Below, piece by piece: positions 36,779-46,565 of a stretch of DNA of 64,000 bases. A program made the position numbers and the translations under genes. The stretch comes from a bacterium (GTDB lineage: Bacteria > Patescibacteriota > Minisyncoccia > JAHIHE01): positions 4,015-68,014 of the forward strand of contig JAUYBG010000006.1 in the NCBI GenBank assembly GCA_030693205.1. The letters run 5' to 3'. Under the pieces are notes generated by a model, which was not told the DNA's origin, ran no database searches, and saw nothing but the letters and a program-made list of their open reading frames with translations. The first letter of the stretch is position 1. Each line of letters begins with the position of its first letter.

Positions 36779-37237
36779 TTATATGCGCCGCGGTTTGGGC
36801 GGACGGCATCCGTTGTGCGGCACAGGAGTCACATCTTTGATGGCATTGATCGTCAAGCCTTGCTGCGCCAAAGATCTTATCGCTGAGTCTCTTCCTGAAC
36901 CGATCCCTTTTACGAACACATTCACTTCTTTTAATCCCAGCTTCTTCACTTTTTCAACAACATTTTTTACGATCAGTGAAGCGGCGTAAGGAGTGGATTT
37001 CTTAGTGCCTTTAAAACCAATTGATCCCGCGCTGGACCAAGCTAAAACTCTACCGGTATCATCAGCCAAAGTAACAATTGTATTATTATAGGTAGACTGA
37101 ATATAAGCCTGGCCTTTGACAACCATCTTTTTCAAATTTTTTGCCGCTCCGGAAGATTTTACCGCCGCAACTTTGTTCTTTACATCTTCACTTTCCTGAG
37201 CCGATACTCCAATTGTTAATACGCGTTTTTTTCCCAT
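36779..37237 (-). CDS. rpsK: 30S ribosomal protein S11 (with an N-terminal extension).
   Basis: AYIQSTYNNTIVTLAD..G..L.WSSAG and the C-terminal GCRPPKPRR match S11. Confidence 0.85.
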   Translation of the reverse strand: MGKKRVLTIGVSAQESEDVKNKVAAVKSSGAAKNLKKMVVKGQAYIQSTYNNTIVTLADDTGRVLAWSSAGSIGFKGTKKSTPYAASLIVKNVVEKVKKLGLKEVNVFVKGIGSGRDSAIRSLAQQGLTINAIKDVTPVPHNGCRPPKPRRI

Positions 37238-37263
37238 AGAATAAAATTAAATTTCTGTTTAGA

Positions 37264-37653
37264 TTATGTCTTGTTTAATCCCTTGATTCTGCCGCTACCC
37301 GCAGTTCGGCGGACATTTCCGCGAACCGTCCGGGAGTTGGTTTTTGTTCTTTGACCGCGAACCGGCAAGTGTTTGGCGTGCCGAATTCCTCTGTAAGCGC
37401 CAACATCTTTTAATCTCTTTATATTGAACATGATCGCCCGGCGCAACTCTCCTTCTACCTTATATTCTTTTTCAATGATCTGCCTCAAACGATTGAGCTC
37501 TTCCGGGCTTAACTCGCTGGTTCTTTTATCTTTATCGACATTTGCCTGCAATAAAATCTTACAAGATAAAACGTGGCCTATTCCATAGATATAGGGCAAA
37601 GCAAATTCAATTTTTTTATTATCGGGTATTGTTACCCCAGCAAGTCGTGCCAT
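37264..37653 (-). CDS. rpsM: 30S ribosomal protein S13.
   Basis: MARLAGVTIP..K.I..AL..IYGIG and GIRH..HLPVRGQRTKTNSRT match S13. Confidence 0.85.
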   Translation of the reverse strand: MARLAGVTIPDNKKIEFALPYIYGIGHVLSCKILLQANVDKDKRTSELSPEELNRLRQIIEKEYKVEGELRRAIMFNIKRLKDVGAYRGIRHAKHLPVRGQRTKTNSRTVRGNVRRTAGSGRIKGLNKT

Positions 37654-37734
37654 AATTTTTTATTTCTAAGTTTCAATATTAAATGAAAATTTTTGAATTT
37701 TTATATTAATCGCGCTTTTAAATCCGTGCTCGGC

Positions 37735-37848
37735 TTATCCTTGTCTTTGCTTATGTTTCGGGTTAGTACAGATTACAAAAAGCACTCCTTTGCGCTTGAC
37801 AAATTTGCATTTCTCGCACCTTTTTTTAATTGATGGGGTTACTTTCAT
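37735..37848 (-). CDS. rpmJ: 50S ribosomal protein L36. Not in the supplied ORF track because it is under 60 aa.
   Basis: Manual translation gives [37 protein letters not shown] (37 aa) with a TAA stop. It sits between infA and rpsM, as in the canonical operon. Confidence 0.85.
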   Translation of the reverse strand: MKVTPSIKKRCEKCKFVKRKGVLFVICTNPKHKQRQG

Positions 37849-37862
37849 ATGTCTAATATTAT

Positions 37863-38075
37863 TTAAAATCTTCTTGTGATCCGCCCTTTAGTTTTATCAA
37901 ACGGACTCATTTCCACTAAAACCTTGTCACCGGCTGAAATTCTTATCGAATGCATCCTCATTTTTCCTGATAAATAGCCAATAATCTCATCCCCGTTTTC
38001 AAGTTTTATTTTAAAAGTTGCGCTGGGCAAAGCCTCTAAAATAGTACCCTCGGTTTGAATAACTTTTTTTTCCAT
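37863..38075 (-). CDS. infA: Translation initiation factor IF-1.
   Basis: 70 aa; [32 protein letters not shown]...GDKV.VE.SPFD..KGRIT matches IF-1. Confidence 0.85.
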   Translation of the reverse strand: MEKKVIQTEGTILEALPSATFKIKLENGDEIIGYLSGKMRMHSIRISAGDKVLVEMSPFDKTKGRITRRF

Positions 38076-38306
38076 ATTTCAATAAGATCAATGTAAATAC
38101 TTTAAAAAGCGCAATATAAATAAAATAAAATAAAAGTATCCTACGCCTATTGCTTAGCGTTGGTACTTTATTAAATAAATGCGCTAATTATATTAATTGT
38201 TTCCAAGTAAATTAGCTATCTAATACCACTGTTCCAAGTATATATTATATAATATATAATGTCAACTTTCTAAAAAATTATTCAAGATTACAACTTTTAT
38301 ATATTA

Positions 38307-39965
38307 TCATTCCCCGTGCGGAATGTCAAGGGTTATACTCACGTTCTTTTCTATGCTTGGTATTTTTTTGACCCAAAACGGCCACAAATTAACACTGACC
38401 TTGTTTATATCAGGATAGTTATTTTTAACATATTCCTCCAATTCTTCCTTGCTCTTTCCGACTATTTTTGCGCGCATCTCGCTTTCGTTGATCAAATTGA
38501 ACGCATTGGCATGCGATTGAGCGGATAATTTGATCGTATCCGAACCGATTATCAGGGCATCTCCATATTCTAATCCGTTATCAATAAGGACAAAATTTTT
38601 CTTTTCTTCGTTTATTTCTTTCAAAATGCTCTTGGCAATTTCTTTAACATCGTTTAAATTAAACAGGAAAGCGATCGCGGATATTTTCAAACTTGCTTTA
38701 AATTTATTCGCTGGCTGATCAATGCTAAGCGGGGAAATCAGCTCTCCGCTTTTTACGCTTATCGCCTGATCGATCATTGTCAGATCGGATGGTTTTTTAT
38801 CATTCAATTGGGAAACAATATCTTTTTTTGCCTCTTCTTCTAGGAAGTCTTTTGCTTTTTTAAAATCATCCGCGGATATTACCGTTGTAAACCCCGAAGC
38901 GCCTCCGGAAGTGGCCGTTACGGACTTCGCGTATATTTTAATATATTTCGCAGTGCCTTTAAATCCCGGAATAGTAAAATCAGCAGGTTCAATATTGTAA
39001 TCGGGACCGGATTCGGAAGCGACTATCGGCACATCGATCTTTCCCGGAACATCGCTGCCCGCTTCATCTCTAATAAATCCCGGCACTGTTACGCTGTCTG
39101 TTATTTTAAATATCTTGCCGTCAGTGGTAGAAAGCCTGGTGTTTTCCACCAATTTCTGGGGAAACGAAGACCATTCATTGTAAATGGTTACTGTACCGGT
39201 AGCATTGCTTGTTATCTGCTTTTTGCCTGTAGCTGTGAATTGTCCGTCCTTTTCAATATTAGCGGATATTACTGTCGCGGGAATTTTCTTATTTTCGATA
39301 TCCACTTCTTTGACGTTTCTATCGATTATAAAATCAAAACTTGTGTTGATCGGATTGGCTTTGGGAGTAATTACTATTTTTGCTGTCGGCAACAGAACAT
39401 ACCCCGCTACCCCCACCGCTATGATCACCATTATAATAAATGCTATAAAAATGTTTCTGCTTGTCCGGGGAACTTGAAATTTTACCGCCTCTTCTTCGAG
39501 TTTTTCAGTTTCATCGAATTCTTCAAATCTTTTTTCCATCTTAGGAGGCAACGGCTCCTCTAAGATTTCCGGCGCTTGTTTCCGGGGAAGTTCGCGTTGA
39601 TAAGATAAATCTACCGGACCCTTGCTCCAGACAATTGAATCAACCAGTCTTGGTTTATGCGTAAAACTATTGGCATTAACGGCGTATTTTGCTTTAGTTT
39701 CATCGCCACTGTCCTTTTTCTCGGCTACCTTTAGATTTATTCCGGAATTTTCAACTAATATTTTTACCGCTTCATCGACAGTGGAAACCGATATGCTCTT
39801 ATTGAGATTCTCGGCGATCTTCTTGAACATCTTTAGGTTTACAACGCTTAAAACAGGAACGGTTCTTGATAAAACCAATAAATTAATTTCTTTTTCCTGG
39901 CTCGACTTAATTTTTCCGGCAATGATATCAACAGTATCCTCATTGCTTAAATAAATTGTTTGCAT
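38307..39965 (-). CDS. Hypothetical 552-aa protein with a single internal TM helix (lineage-specific).
   Basis: Hydrophobic segment IFIAFIIMVIIAVGVAGYVLL in mid-protein. No recognised domains. Confidence 0.3.
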   Translation of the reverse strand: MQTIYLSNEDTVDIIAGKIKSSQEKEINLLVLSRTVPVLSVVNLKMFKKIAENLNKSISVSTVDEAVKILVENSGINLKVAEKKDSGDETKAKYAVNANSFTHKPRLVDSIVWSKGPVDLSYQRELPRKQAPEILEEPLPPKMEKRFEEFDETEKLEEEAVKFQVPRTSRNIFIAFIIMVIIAVGVAGYVLLPTAKIVITPKANPINTSFDFIIDRNVKEVDIENKKIPATVISANIEKDGQFTATGKKQITSNATGTVTIYNEWSSFPQKLVENTRLSTTDGKIFKITDSVTVPGFIRDEAGSDVPGKIDVPIVASESGPDYNIEPADFTIPGFKGTAKYIKIYAKSVTATSGGASGFTTVISADDFKKAKDFLEEEAKKDIVSQLNDKKPSDLTMIDQAISVKSGELISPLSIDQPANKFKASLKISAIAFLFNLNDVKEIAKSILKEINEEKKNFVLIDNGLEYGDALIIGSDTIKLSAQSHANAFNLINESEMRAKIVGKSKEELEEYVKNNYPDINKVSVNLWPFWVKKIPSIEKNVSITLDIPHGE

Positions 39966-39990
39966 AGCTCTATTATACTACAAAAATGAT

Positions 39991-41892
39991 TTATTCCAAA
40001 ATCGCCTTGATTCTCCGCACTCCCGCGGAGCTGGCTTCTTCTTTTTTTATTTTGAATTTGCCCAAAACTCCGGTATTGGCCGCGTGCGGACCGCCGCAGA
40101 TCTCGCGCGAGAATATGCCGGTTCTCTCGTCGCCGATCGTATAAACTTTTACCCGCTCGCCGTATTTGATTTCAAAAATACCCATTGCGCCAAGCCGTTT
40201 CGCGTCTTCCAGGCTCATTTCTTCTAAGCCGACAAGAAGATTTTTTTGTATTTGCTCATTCACAATATCTTCCACTTTTTTAATTTCTTCCTTAGTCATT
40301 TTTTCCGAATGCGAAAAATCAAAGCGCATTCTTTCGGCCGTGATATTGCTTCCGCGCTGATAAATATTCTCGCCCAAAACTTTTCTCAAAGCAGCGAGTA
40401 AAAGATGCGTCGCAGTATGATATTTGGCAGTTTGCTCGCTATGATCAGCCAAACCGCCTTTGAATTTTCCAGCCGAAGCGGTGCGGGAAAGACTCTGATG
40501 CTTTTTAAACTCTTCGTCAAATTCTTCTTTATTATACGTCATCTGATAGTGCGCCAATTCTTCTTTAACTAATTCCGGGGGGAAACCGTAGCTCTGGTAT
40601 AGGTCAAAAGCGTCTTTCCCCGGAATCATGCTGACAAAATCGGTATTATTATCCTTGAGAATTTTGGCGATTCCCGAGGTACAACTTTTTTCTTTTTTTG
40701 ATACATATTCTTTCAATTTTCTTAATCCCGTTTCCAAAGTTTTTTCAAATTTCTCTTCTTCGTTTTTTATTTCATCCAGCATCTTGTTTTTACTCTTTTT
40801 TAAATCCGAATAATTTTCTTTGTAAATATTGTTTACCGCTTCTGCCAATGGCGTAAGAAAGTTTGCTGGCATTTCCAGCGTTTTGCCATGCCTAATCGCC
40901 CTTCTTAATAATCTTCTTAAAATATACCCTCTTTCAACGTTTAACGGCACAACTCCGTCAGAGATCATAAATACCGAAGCACGAATATGGTCAGCGATTA
41001 TTCTGAACTCTTTTTTATAATCTTGATAATTTTTACCGGAAATCTCTCCAATTTTTCCAATAAGCGGAATAAACACATCAGTCTCATAAACATTGCTGTA
41101 TCCGTTCAAAATCGCCAGTGTCCGCTCCATTCCCATTCCTGTATCGACATTTTTCTGCGCCAGCGGCACGAACTTTCCTTCCGCGGTTTTGTTGTACTGC
41201 ATAAAAACATTATTCCAAATTTCCACATATCGGCCGCATTTGCAGCCGGGACGGCAATCATCTCCACTGGGACATTTTTCAAGATTAACCGGCTTTTCCA
41301 GATCAATAAAAATCTCCGTATCCGGCCCGCAAGGCCCGGTAATGCCTGCCGGTCCCCACCAATTATCTTCTTTGGGCAATGGAAAAATTCTCGCAGTTTT
41401 GGCGTTTTTGTCTTCCTTCGCGTAAACTTCAGCCTTTATCTTGAACTTTTCAAAACATTCCTGCCAAATTTTGATCGATTCATCGTCTCTTGGAGCGTCT
41501 TTATCCCCTTCGAAAACCGTGACTTTTATTCTTTTAGGATCGATCCCCAGCCATTTTTTATCAGTCAAAAATTCCCAGCTCCAGCGAATTGATTCGTCCT
41601 TAAAATAATCTCCCAGCGACCAATTTCCCAGCATCTCAAAAAAAGTATTGTGCGTGCTGTCGCCCACATCATCAATATCGCCCGTCCTGACGCATTTTTG
41701 CACATTCACGAGCCTCTTGCCTGCCGGATGATTTTCCCCCAGCAAATAAGGCACCAGCGGATGCATTCCCGCGGTGGTGAATAAAACAGTCGGATCGTTT
41801 TCCGGCACAAGCGAAGCTGAAGGTATTTCCACGTGCCCTTTGCTTTTGAAAAATTCTATATATTTTTTCCTTAAATCTTTTGAGGTGATCAT
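39991..41892 (-). CDS. alaS: Alanyl-tRNA synthetase, short form with catalytic and editing domains and no C-Ala/DHHA1 domain.
   Basis: The N-terminus FTTAGMHPLVPY...F.MLGNWS.GDYFK is the AlaRS core. The editing-domain HTATHLL...CGGPH motif is present. It is 633 aa against about 870 aa for typical bacteria. Confidence 0.85.
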   Translation of the reverse strand: MITSKDLRKKYIEFFKSKGHVEIPSASLVPENDPTVLFTTAGMHPLVPYLLGENHPAGKRLVNVQKCVRTGDIDDVGDSTHNTFFEMLGNWSLGDYFKDESIRWSWEFLTDKKWLGIDPKRIKVTVFEGDKDAPRDDESIKIWQECFEKFKIKAEVYAKEDKNAKTARIFPLPKEDNWWGPAGITGPCGPDTEIFIDLEKPVNLEKCPSGDDCRPGCKCGRYVEIWNNVFMQYNKTAEGKFVPLAQKNVDTGMGMERTLAILNGYSNVYETDVFIPLIGKIGEISGKNYQDYKKEFRIIADHIRASVFMISDGVVPLNVERGYILRRLLRRAIRHGKTLEMPANFLTPLAEAVNNIYKENYSDLKKSKNKMLDEIKNEEEKFEKTLETGLRKLKEYVSKKEKSCTSGIAKILKDNNTDFVSMIPGKDAFDLYQSYGFPPELVKEELAHYQMTYNKEEFDEEFKKHQSLSRTASAGKFKGGLADHSEQTAKYHTATHLLLAALRKVLGENIYQRGSNITAERMRFDFSHSEKMTKEEIKKVEDIVNEQIQKNLLVGLEEMSLEDAKRLGAMGIFEIKYGERVKVYTIGDERTGIFSREICGGPHAANTGVLGKFKIKKEEASSAGVRRIKAILE

Positions 41893-42161
41893 TTTTTTGC
41901 TATATATGCTCTTTTTTGCCGCATTGCATTTTGATTTAGATCGAATTCTTCTGTTTTTAAAACTTTCAACCGCGTCTCTGCCGCTTCAAGAGCCATTTTA
42001 GCCCTTGAAAAATCTTGCTGAAATTTCCTGATCTGAATGTTCAAGTTTAAAATTTCATTCCTTACCCGGCGCAAACCCTCATCGGTTTGCTGCAAGTCTA
42101 TCTGCATCCTAAGCTTTGAGCTTAAAGCTTCGTCTTTATCATCAATAATGTCATCATTCAT
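41889..42161 (-). CDS. Small coiled-coil protein; its 3' end overlaps the alaS start by 4 nt.
   Basis: 90 aa, predicted all-helical with heptad periodicity. Function unknown. Confidence 0.3.
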   Translation of the reverse strand: MNDDIIDDKDEALSSKLRMQIDLQQTDEGLRRVRNEILNLNIQIRKFQQDFSRAKMALEAAETRLKVLKTEEFDLNQNAMRQKRAYIAKK

Positions 42162-42228
42162 AAGTATATTTTATGCAAAATTATGTAGATTATTACCATT
42201 ATATCTTTTTTCTTAAAAACTAACAAGT

Positions 42229-44256
42229 TTAGTTTACTTTATAAATTTTTATATCGCCTTCCTGAAAAACCACTGGATAATTTTCTGTAAAAAATTGCTC
42301 GTTAAAATTCGGCATAGATCTTTCGGCAGCGCCGATAAAAATATAACTAACGGAGTACTTTTTTAACAAATCTTTCGTGCCGGCTGAACCGCGATAAATT
42401 TCCATAATATCTTTTTCCCGCGCCTGATATTTGATCCCGTGCGACCAAAGCCAGCCGGGATACCCCATCACGACAGGCCTGCCGGCCAAAGAATTCACCG
42501 GATTTAAATGAGAAGTGCCGGTTAAAATTATATCATTTGATAAAGTATTATTTATAATCCATTCCGCCGCCTTTTGCTCTTTAGCGCCAAAAATCTCGTA
42601 AAACGGCGGTCCGGCGAATGAAGATCGCGAAAAGGTATCAATTAAGCCGACAAAAATCATAAAAAATGTCAAAATAACTGCAATAAGTTTGTTAAACTTA
42701 AATTTCCATTGCTCAAAAAAATAAACAATGATTACGCTTCCCAACAAATAAAAATAACCAAAGATCTTACCGTTATCATAATCCCACGGCTGGAATTTTA
42801 TTGTATTTACAACAATAAAAATAAAAAACCCGCTAAAGATCAGCCCGAACACAGAATCTTTTTTCCGCCAAAGATCATTTTTTTTGTAAATAAAATAAAT
42901 TATTGCGGCGATCAAAAGCGGAAAAAACAAACCGAAATTTTCCCACAAATAAGAAATCCAGGCGCCTACCGGTGAACCGCCTGCCGGATTATACTGTATA
43001 GAGCCGATTCCTCCCGACTCACTCATCCATCCTAGTCGAAAAGTTAAAAAATTCACTCCAGAAGAAAAATCAAGAATAAAAAAATATGATATCAGAAACC
43101 CAATTATTGTGCCGGTTAAAATCGTATTAAATAAATTTTTCGCCAAAGATTTTTCGCGAATAAAAATTTTCCAAACATAAAAACCAAAAACAATAAGCAA
43201 AATCGCGATAAAACTATGCATGTGAATTAAAGGCAGAAATCCGATCAAAAGTCCAATGAAATAAAAATATTTTTTATGTCCATTTTTAAGCGCCTCACTC
43301 AAAACATATAAAATCATCGCACCTGCCGCAAAGCCAAAAAAGAATGATCTTTGGTGCGTAAGAAACATGGTCGTAAAACTTGACCAAATATTATTTTGCG
43401 CCGGAAAAACCGCATTATAAAAAACCACGATCGGATACGGAAGATGCAAAATATAATTAATTATCCCTCCAATACTGCTTTTTTCCCAAAGCAAGCTATC
43501 TTGAAAAATTTTTATAAATTCCGCTCCCGAACCAAGAAACATAATCAAAAAAGCCAAGATCCGCATCGCGACAGTTTTAATAAACGCGGAAATAAATTTA
43601 TAAATAAAGAAAAAGCCCGTAAAAAACAAAATGTACGAAGGTAAATTAAAAGATAAAATATAATTGCCGCTTAAAACATAAAAAACGCCGCTCAAAAGAT
43701 TAATTAAAAAAGCGTAAACAAGCTTACTGCCTAAATAAATCGGTTCCTCAAGCGCAAATGGATTGTTATGGATAAAATAGCTAACCTCGGCCATATGAAA
43801 CGGTATATCTCCGTATCCCGCAAACGCAACTTTATAAGCACCATCCTGGTAAACTATTGTTTTGGAAAATATATCAAAGAAAAATAATAGAAATAATAGA
43901 AAAAAAATTATTTCCGGCCAAGAAATTTCTTTTAGCTTTCCAATCAAAAAACTCGTATTTAATTCTTTGGAACTTATCGCGCTTTTTAGTTTTTTAAAAT
44001 TTATAAATCCGAAATATACGCTATAAATCCCGCCTAACGCCATAAAGATCCATACAGCGGTGGCGAAATTACCGGTTAAAATGCTTGCGAATAAAATAAA
44101 ATATCCCATCACTACCAGCCCAACAACAAAAGCCATTGGTAAAATTTCAATTTTTTTTGCTTTATCCGCAAGAAAAAAAATACCAATCGAATAACCGGTT
44201 ATAAATACTATAATTAAAGCGATAAAAATAAAAAACATAAACAAAAAATTACTCAA
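42229..44256 (-). CDS. Polytopic membrane protein, likely a GT-C family glycosyltransferase (PMT/ArnT/YfhO-like) with a C-terminal soluble domain.
   Basis: More than 12 predicted TM helices over about 520 aa, then a soluble C-terminal domain of about 150 aa. This is the general architecture of GT-C enzymes. There is no motif-level proof. Confidence 0.35.
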   Translation of the reverse strand: MSNFLFMFFIFIALIIVFITGYSIGIFFLADKAKKIEILPMAFVVGLVVMGYFILFASILTGNFATAVWIFMALGGIYSVYFGFINFKKLKSAISSKELNTSFLIGKLKEISWPEIIFFLLFLLFFFDIFSKTIVYQDGAYKVAFAGYGDIPFHMAEVSYFIHNNPFALEEPIYLGSKLVYAFLINLLSGVFYVLSGNYILSFNLPSYILFFTGFFFIYKFISAFIKTVAMRILAFLIMFLGSGAEFIKIFQDSLLWEKSSIGGIINYILHLPYPIVVFYNAVFPAQNNIWSSFTTMFLTHQRSFFFGFAAGAMILYVLSEALKNGHKKYFYFIGLLIGFLPLIHMHSFIAILLIVFGFYVWKIFIREKSLAKNLFNTILTGTIIGFLISYFFILDFSSGVNFLTFRLGWMSESGGIGSIQYNPAGGSPVGAWISYLWENFGLFFPLLIAAIIYFIYKKNDLWRKKDSVFGLIFSGFFIFIVVNTIKFQPWDYDNGKIFGYFYLLGSVIIVYFFEQWKFKFNKLIAVILTFFMIFVGLIDTFSRSSFAGPPFYEIFGAKEQKAAEWIINNTLSNDIILTGTSHLNPVNSLAGRPVVMGYPGWLWSHGIKYQAREKDIMEIYRGSAGTKDLLKKYSVSYIFIGAAERSMPNFNEQFFTENYPVVFQEGDIKIYKVN

Positions 44257-44330
44257 AATATTTTATTAACGATGCCCCCATTAGATTTTAAAGCGCATTT
44301 TGGCGATTCAACGCTGAAAAAAACTACAAA

Positions 44331-45470
44331 TTACAAACTAATTATTCCGCCACCCAGCGCTTCTTCTCCTTTATAAAAAACCACCGACTGTCCGGACGTC
44401 ATAGCACGCTGAGGAACAGCGAACTTCACTTCATACTTCCCCTTTTCTAGCGGCTTCACTATTGCCTCTTCCAGCTTATGCCTATAGCGAATTGTCGCTT
44501 GGCATTTTGCCGAGCTCGAAGGCATTTTACCGCTTATCCAGTTGACGCTTTCGGCTATCAAATCTTTCCGATACAGCAATTTATCCTCGGTATCAGAAGT
44601 TACGATAAGCTCGTGCGTTTTATAATCCATCTTTACCGCATAATACGGCTTTCCCCCGCCAATACCCAAACCATGCCGCTGGCCGACAGTAAAAAGCGGC
44701 AAACCCGAATGTGTTCCGAGAACTTTTCCGGCGGTATCGATAATCTTTCCCGGAGTCAAATCAAGATATTCGCTAATAAATCTTCTTACATCGTTGTCCG
44801 ATATAAAACATATTTCCTGGCTCTCGGGCCGATTCCACACAGGAAGATCAAGTTTCTTCGCCATTTTCCTAACATCGGTTTTTAAATGATCGCCAATGGG
44901 AAATAAATACTTGGCCAATTGCGCTTGCGTTAGATTATACAAGAAATAACTCTGGTCTTTGTTCCTGTCCTTCGCCTTAAGTAATTTATAAACTGGAATT
45001 TGGTTTTTGTTTGGGATTTGGGATTTGGGATTTGGGATTTCCCGCTTTATGCGCGCATAGTGCCCTGTCGCCACGGCATCCGCGCCAAAACTTTCCGCTT
45101 TTTCCAGCAAAAGCTTGAATTTTATTTCCTTATTGCAAACCACGCAAGGATTGGGCGTAGCGCCTTTTTTTAATTCGCTTAAAAAATGATCAACCACCGC
45201 TTTTTTAAATTCTTCGGCAACATTCAGCGTGTAAAACGGAATACCGATTTTTTCGCATACCCCGCGCGCCATTTTTTCCGCTTCCAGCGAACAGCAGCGA
45301 TTTACAAATTCATCCAGTTTTTGCCCGTCTTTCGGCGTTTCAAACCAAAAATGCATAAATACTCCCATAACGTCATAACCCTGCTTTGCGAGCAGGGCGG
45401 CAGCCACGGAACTATCCACGCCGCCGCTCATCGCGACGGCAATTTTAATTTTTTTCTTAGTTAAATTCAT
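44331..45470 (-). CDS. mnmA: tRNA-specific 2-thiouridylase MnmA. The start was chosen at MNLTKKK; the ORF track extends to 45548.
   Basis: IAVAMSGGVDSSVAA is the PP-loop SGGxDS motif. The catalytic-cysteine regions are present and the C-terminus is KDQSYFLY. It contains an in-frame heptamer-encoded insertion (see repeat at 45003). Confidence 0.85.
   Translation of the reverse strand: MNLTKKKIKIAVAMSGGVDSSVAAALLAKQGYDVMGVFMHFWFETPKDGQKLDEFVNRCCSLEAEKMARGVCEKIGIPFYTLNVAEEFKKAVVDHFLSELKKGATPNPCVVCNKEIKFKLLLEKAESFGADAVATGHYARIKREIPNPKSQIPNKNQIPVYKLLKAKDRNKDQSYFLYNLTQAQLAKYLFPIGDHLKTDVRKMAKKLDLPVWNRPESQEICFISDNDVRRFISEYLDLTPGKIIDTAGKVLGTHSGLPLFTVGQRHGLGIGGGKPYYAVKMDYKTHELIVTSDTEDKLLYRKDLIAESVNWISGKMPSSSAKCQATIRYRHKLEEAIVKPLEKGKYEVKFAVPQRAMTSGQSVVFYKGEEALGGGIISL
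45003..45043. repeat. Degenerate tandem heptamer (gggattt x4, with decayed flanks) inside the mnmA coding sequence. It encodes an in-frame IPNPKSQIPNKNQIP insertion.
   Basis: tttgggatttgggatttgggatttgggattt. The peptide EIPNPKSQIPNKNQIP sits between the conserved HYAR and KDQSYFLY blocks of MnmA. Confidence 0.7.
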
Positions 45471-45477
45471 TTTTTTA

Positions 45478-45747
45478 TTACTTCTTCCAATATTCGTCCG
45501 CTTCTTTCTCAAGCTTTTCCAAGCGCGTATAATAATCAGAAAACTCATTAAGATGAGCGAGAGCGATCTTGCCAGTTATGATCGGGTCGTCGTCCGTAAC
45601 ATTTGTTTTTGGATCCACTAATCCATGCTCAAGCTCGACGTCGAGTCCCATTCGAAACTGCTCAACATTATATTTATCCCATTTAATACCAAAGCTTTCA
45701 CCAATGGTTTTTGCTTCCTCGGTTGTAAAATGTTTGTTATCTGGCAT
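45478..45747 (-). CDS. Hypothetical small protein with an ELEHG motif. The internal Met start was chosen to avoid overlap with the next gene.
   Basis: MPDNKHFTTEEAK...FRMGLDVELEHG...ALAHL..F.DYY. The domain was not assigned. Confidence 0.4.
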   Translation of the reverse strand: MPDNKHFTTEEAKTIGESFGIKWDKYNVEQFRMGLDVELEHGLVDPKTNVTDDDPIITGKIALAHLNEFSDYYTRLEKLEKEADEYWKK

Positions 45748-45754
45748 ATTATAA

Positions 45755-46021
45755 TTATTTATTTTTTTCAAAACTATAGCCGCATTTTTCGGGCGTGATC
45801 CATTCTTGCTTGGTGCGCGGATATTTTCGGCACTGTAAAAACCGATATTTCCAGATCGCGCAATAACTTTTTCCTTTCCCGTCAAAACGCAAAAAAAGAC
45901 ATTTCACCGGCAACTGGCAACACGCGCCGCAATTAGCGCATTCACCCCGCCGATTTTCCGCCACCGAAAAAAAAGACATTATCGACCGATACAGTTTGCT
46001 CTTAAAATTATTTTGCATCAT
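45755..46021 (-). CDS. YkgJ/UPF0153-family putative Fe-S or zinc cluster protein.
   Basis: The ECANCGACCQ (CxxCxxCC) cluster motif is typical of the YkgJ family. Confidence 0.55.
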   Translation of the reverse strand: MMQNNFKSKLYRSIMSFFSVAENRRGECANCGACCQLPVKCLFLRFDGKGKSYCAIWKYRFLQCRKYPRTKQEWITPEKCGYSFEKNK

Positions 46022-46076
46022 AAACCAATAAAATTTAAATCACTAAGATTAACGTAATACTACTTCCGGGTTTTAT

Positions 46077-46526
46077 TTAAAACTTCTCTTTCCCTCTTTT
46101 CCCTTTCCTAAATTCATTTTTAAGCCACGCCAACGGCGAAAGTCCTTTTATTTTTTTCCAAATCAGCGCTGCCCGATGCTTTCTCGAAATAAAACCTTTT
46201 TTCTGGCTTTCTATGTTCATTTCAAGCTTATCGCGCACCTCATCGATCGCTTGATATAAATCTTCCGCCTGCGCTTCCGCTCTGATAAGATGCTTGGGAA
46301 AAGTTAAAGTTGCCATAGCGATAAAAATCTTCCCGCTTTTGTGATGATGCGTCAAAACACCGACTTCCACATCAGCAATTGATACCGAATGGCTGCTGCT
46401 TTCTTCTTTTTCCCCGGTAGAACCGCCCAAAATGGAGAATTTTTCCAATCCGCCGATTTTGTTATTAATGTAATCTTTTATTGTCTCGGTTAATTCTAAA
46501 TTCTTGCCTCTGATGGTAATGCGCAT
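46077..46526 (-). CDS. hpf: Ribosome hibernation promoting factor (RaiA/HPF family).
   Basis: MRITIRGKNLELTETIKDYI... and the beta-alpha-beta-beta-beta-alpha fold signature of sigma54-modulation protein/HPF. Confidence 0.8.
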   Translation of the reverse strand: MRITIRGKNLELTETIKDYINNKIGGLEKFSILGGSTGEKEESSSHSVSIADVEVGVLTHHHKSGKIFIAMATLTFPKHLIRAEAQAEDLYQAIDEVRDKLEMNIESQKKGFISRKHRAALIWKKIKGLSPLAWLKNEFRKGKRGKEKF

Positions 46527-46565
46527 ATTTTCAGGTTAAAAATTAAAGATTAAAAGTGTAAAATT

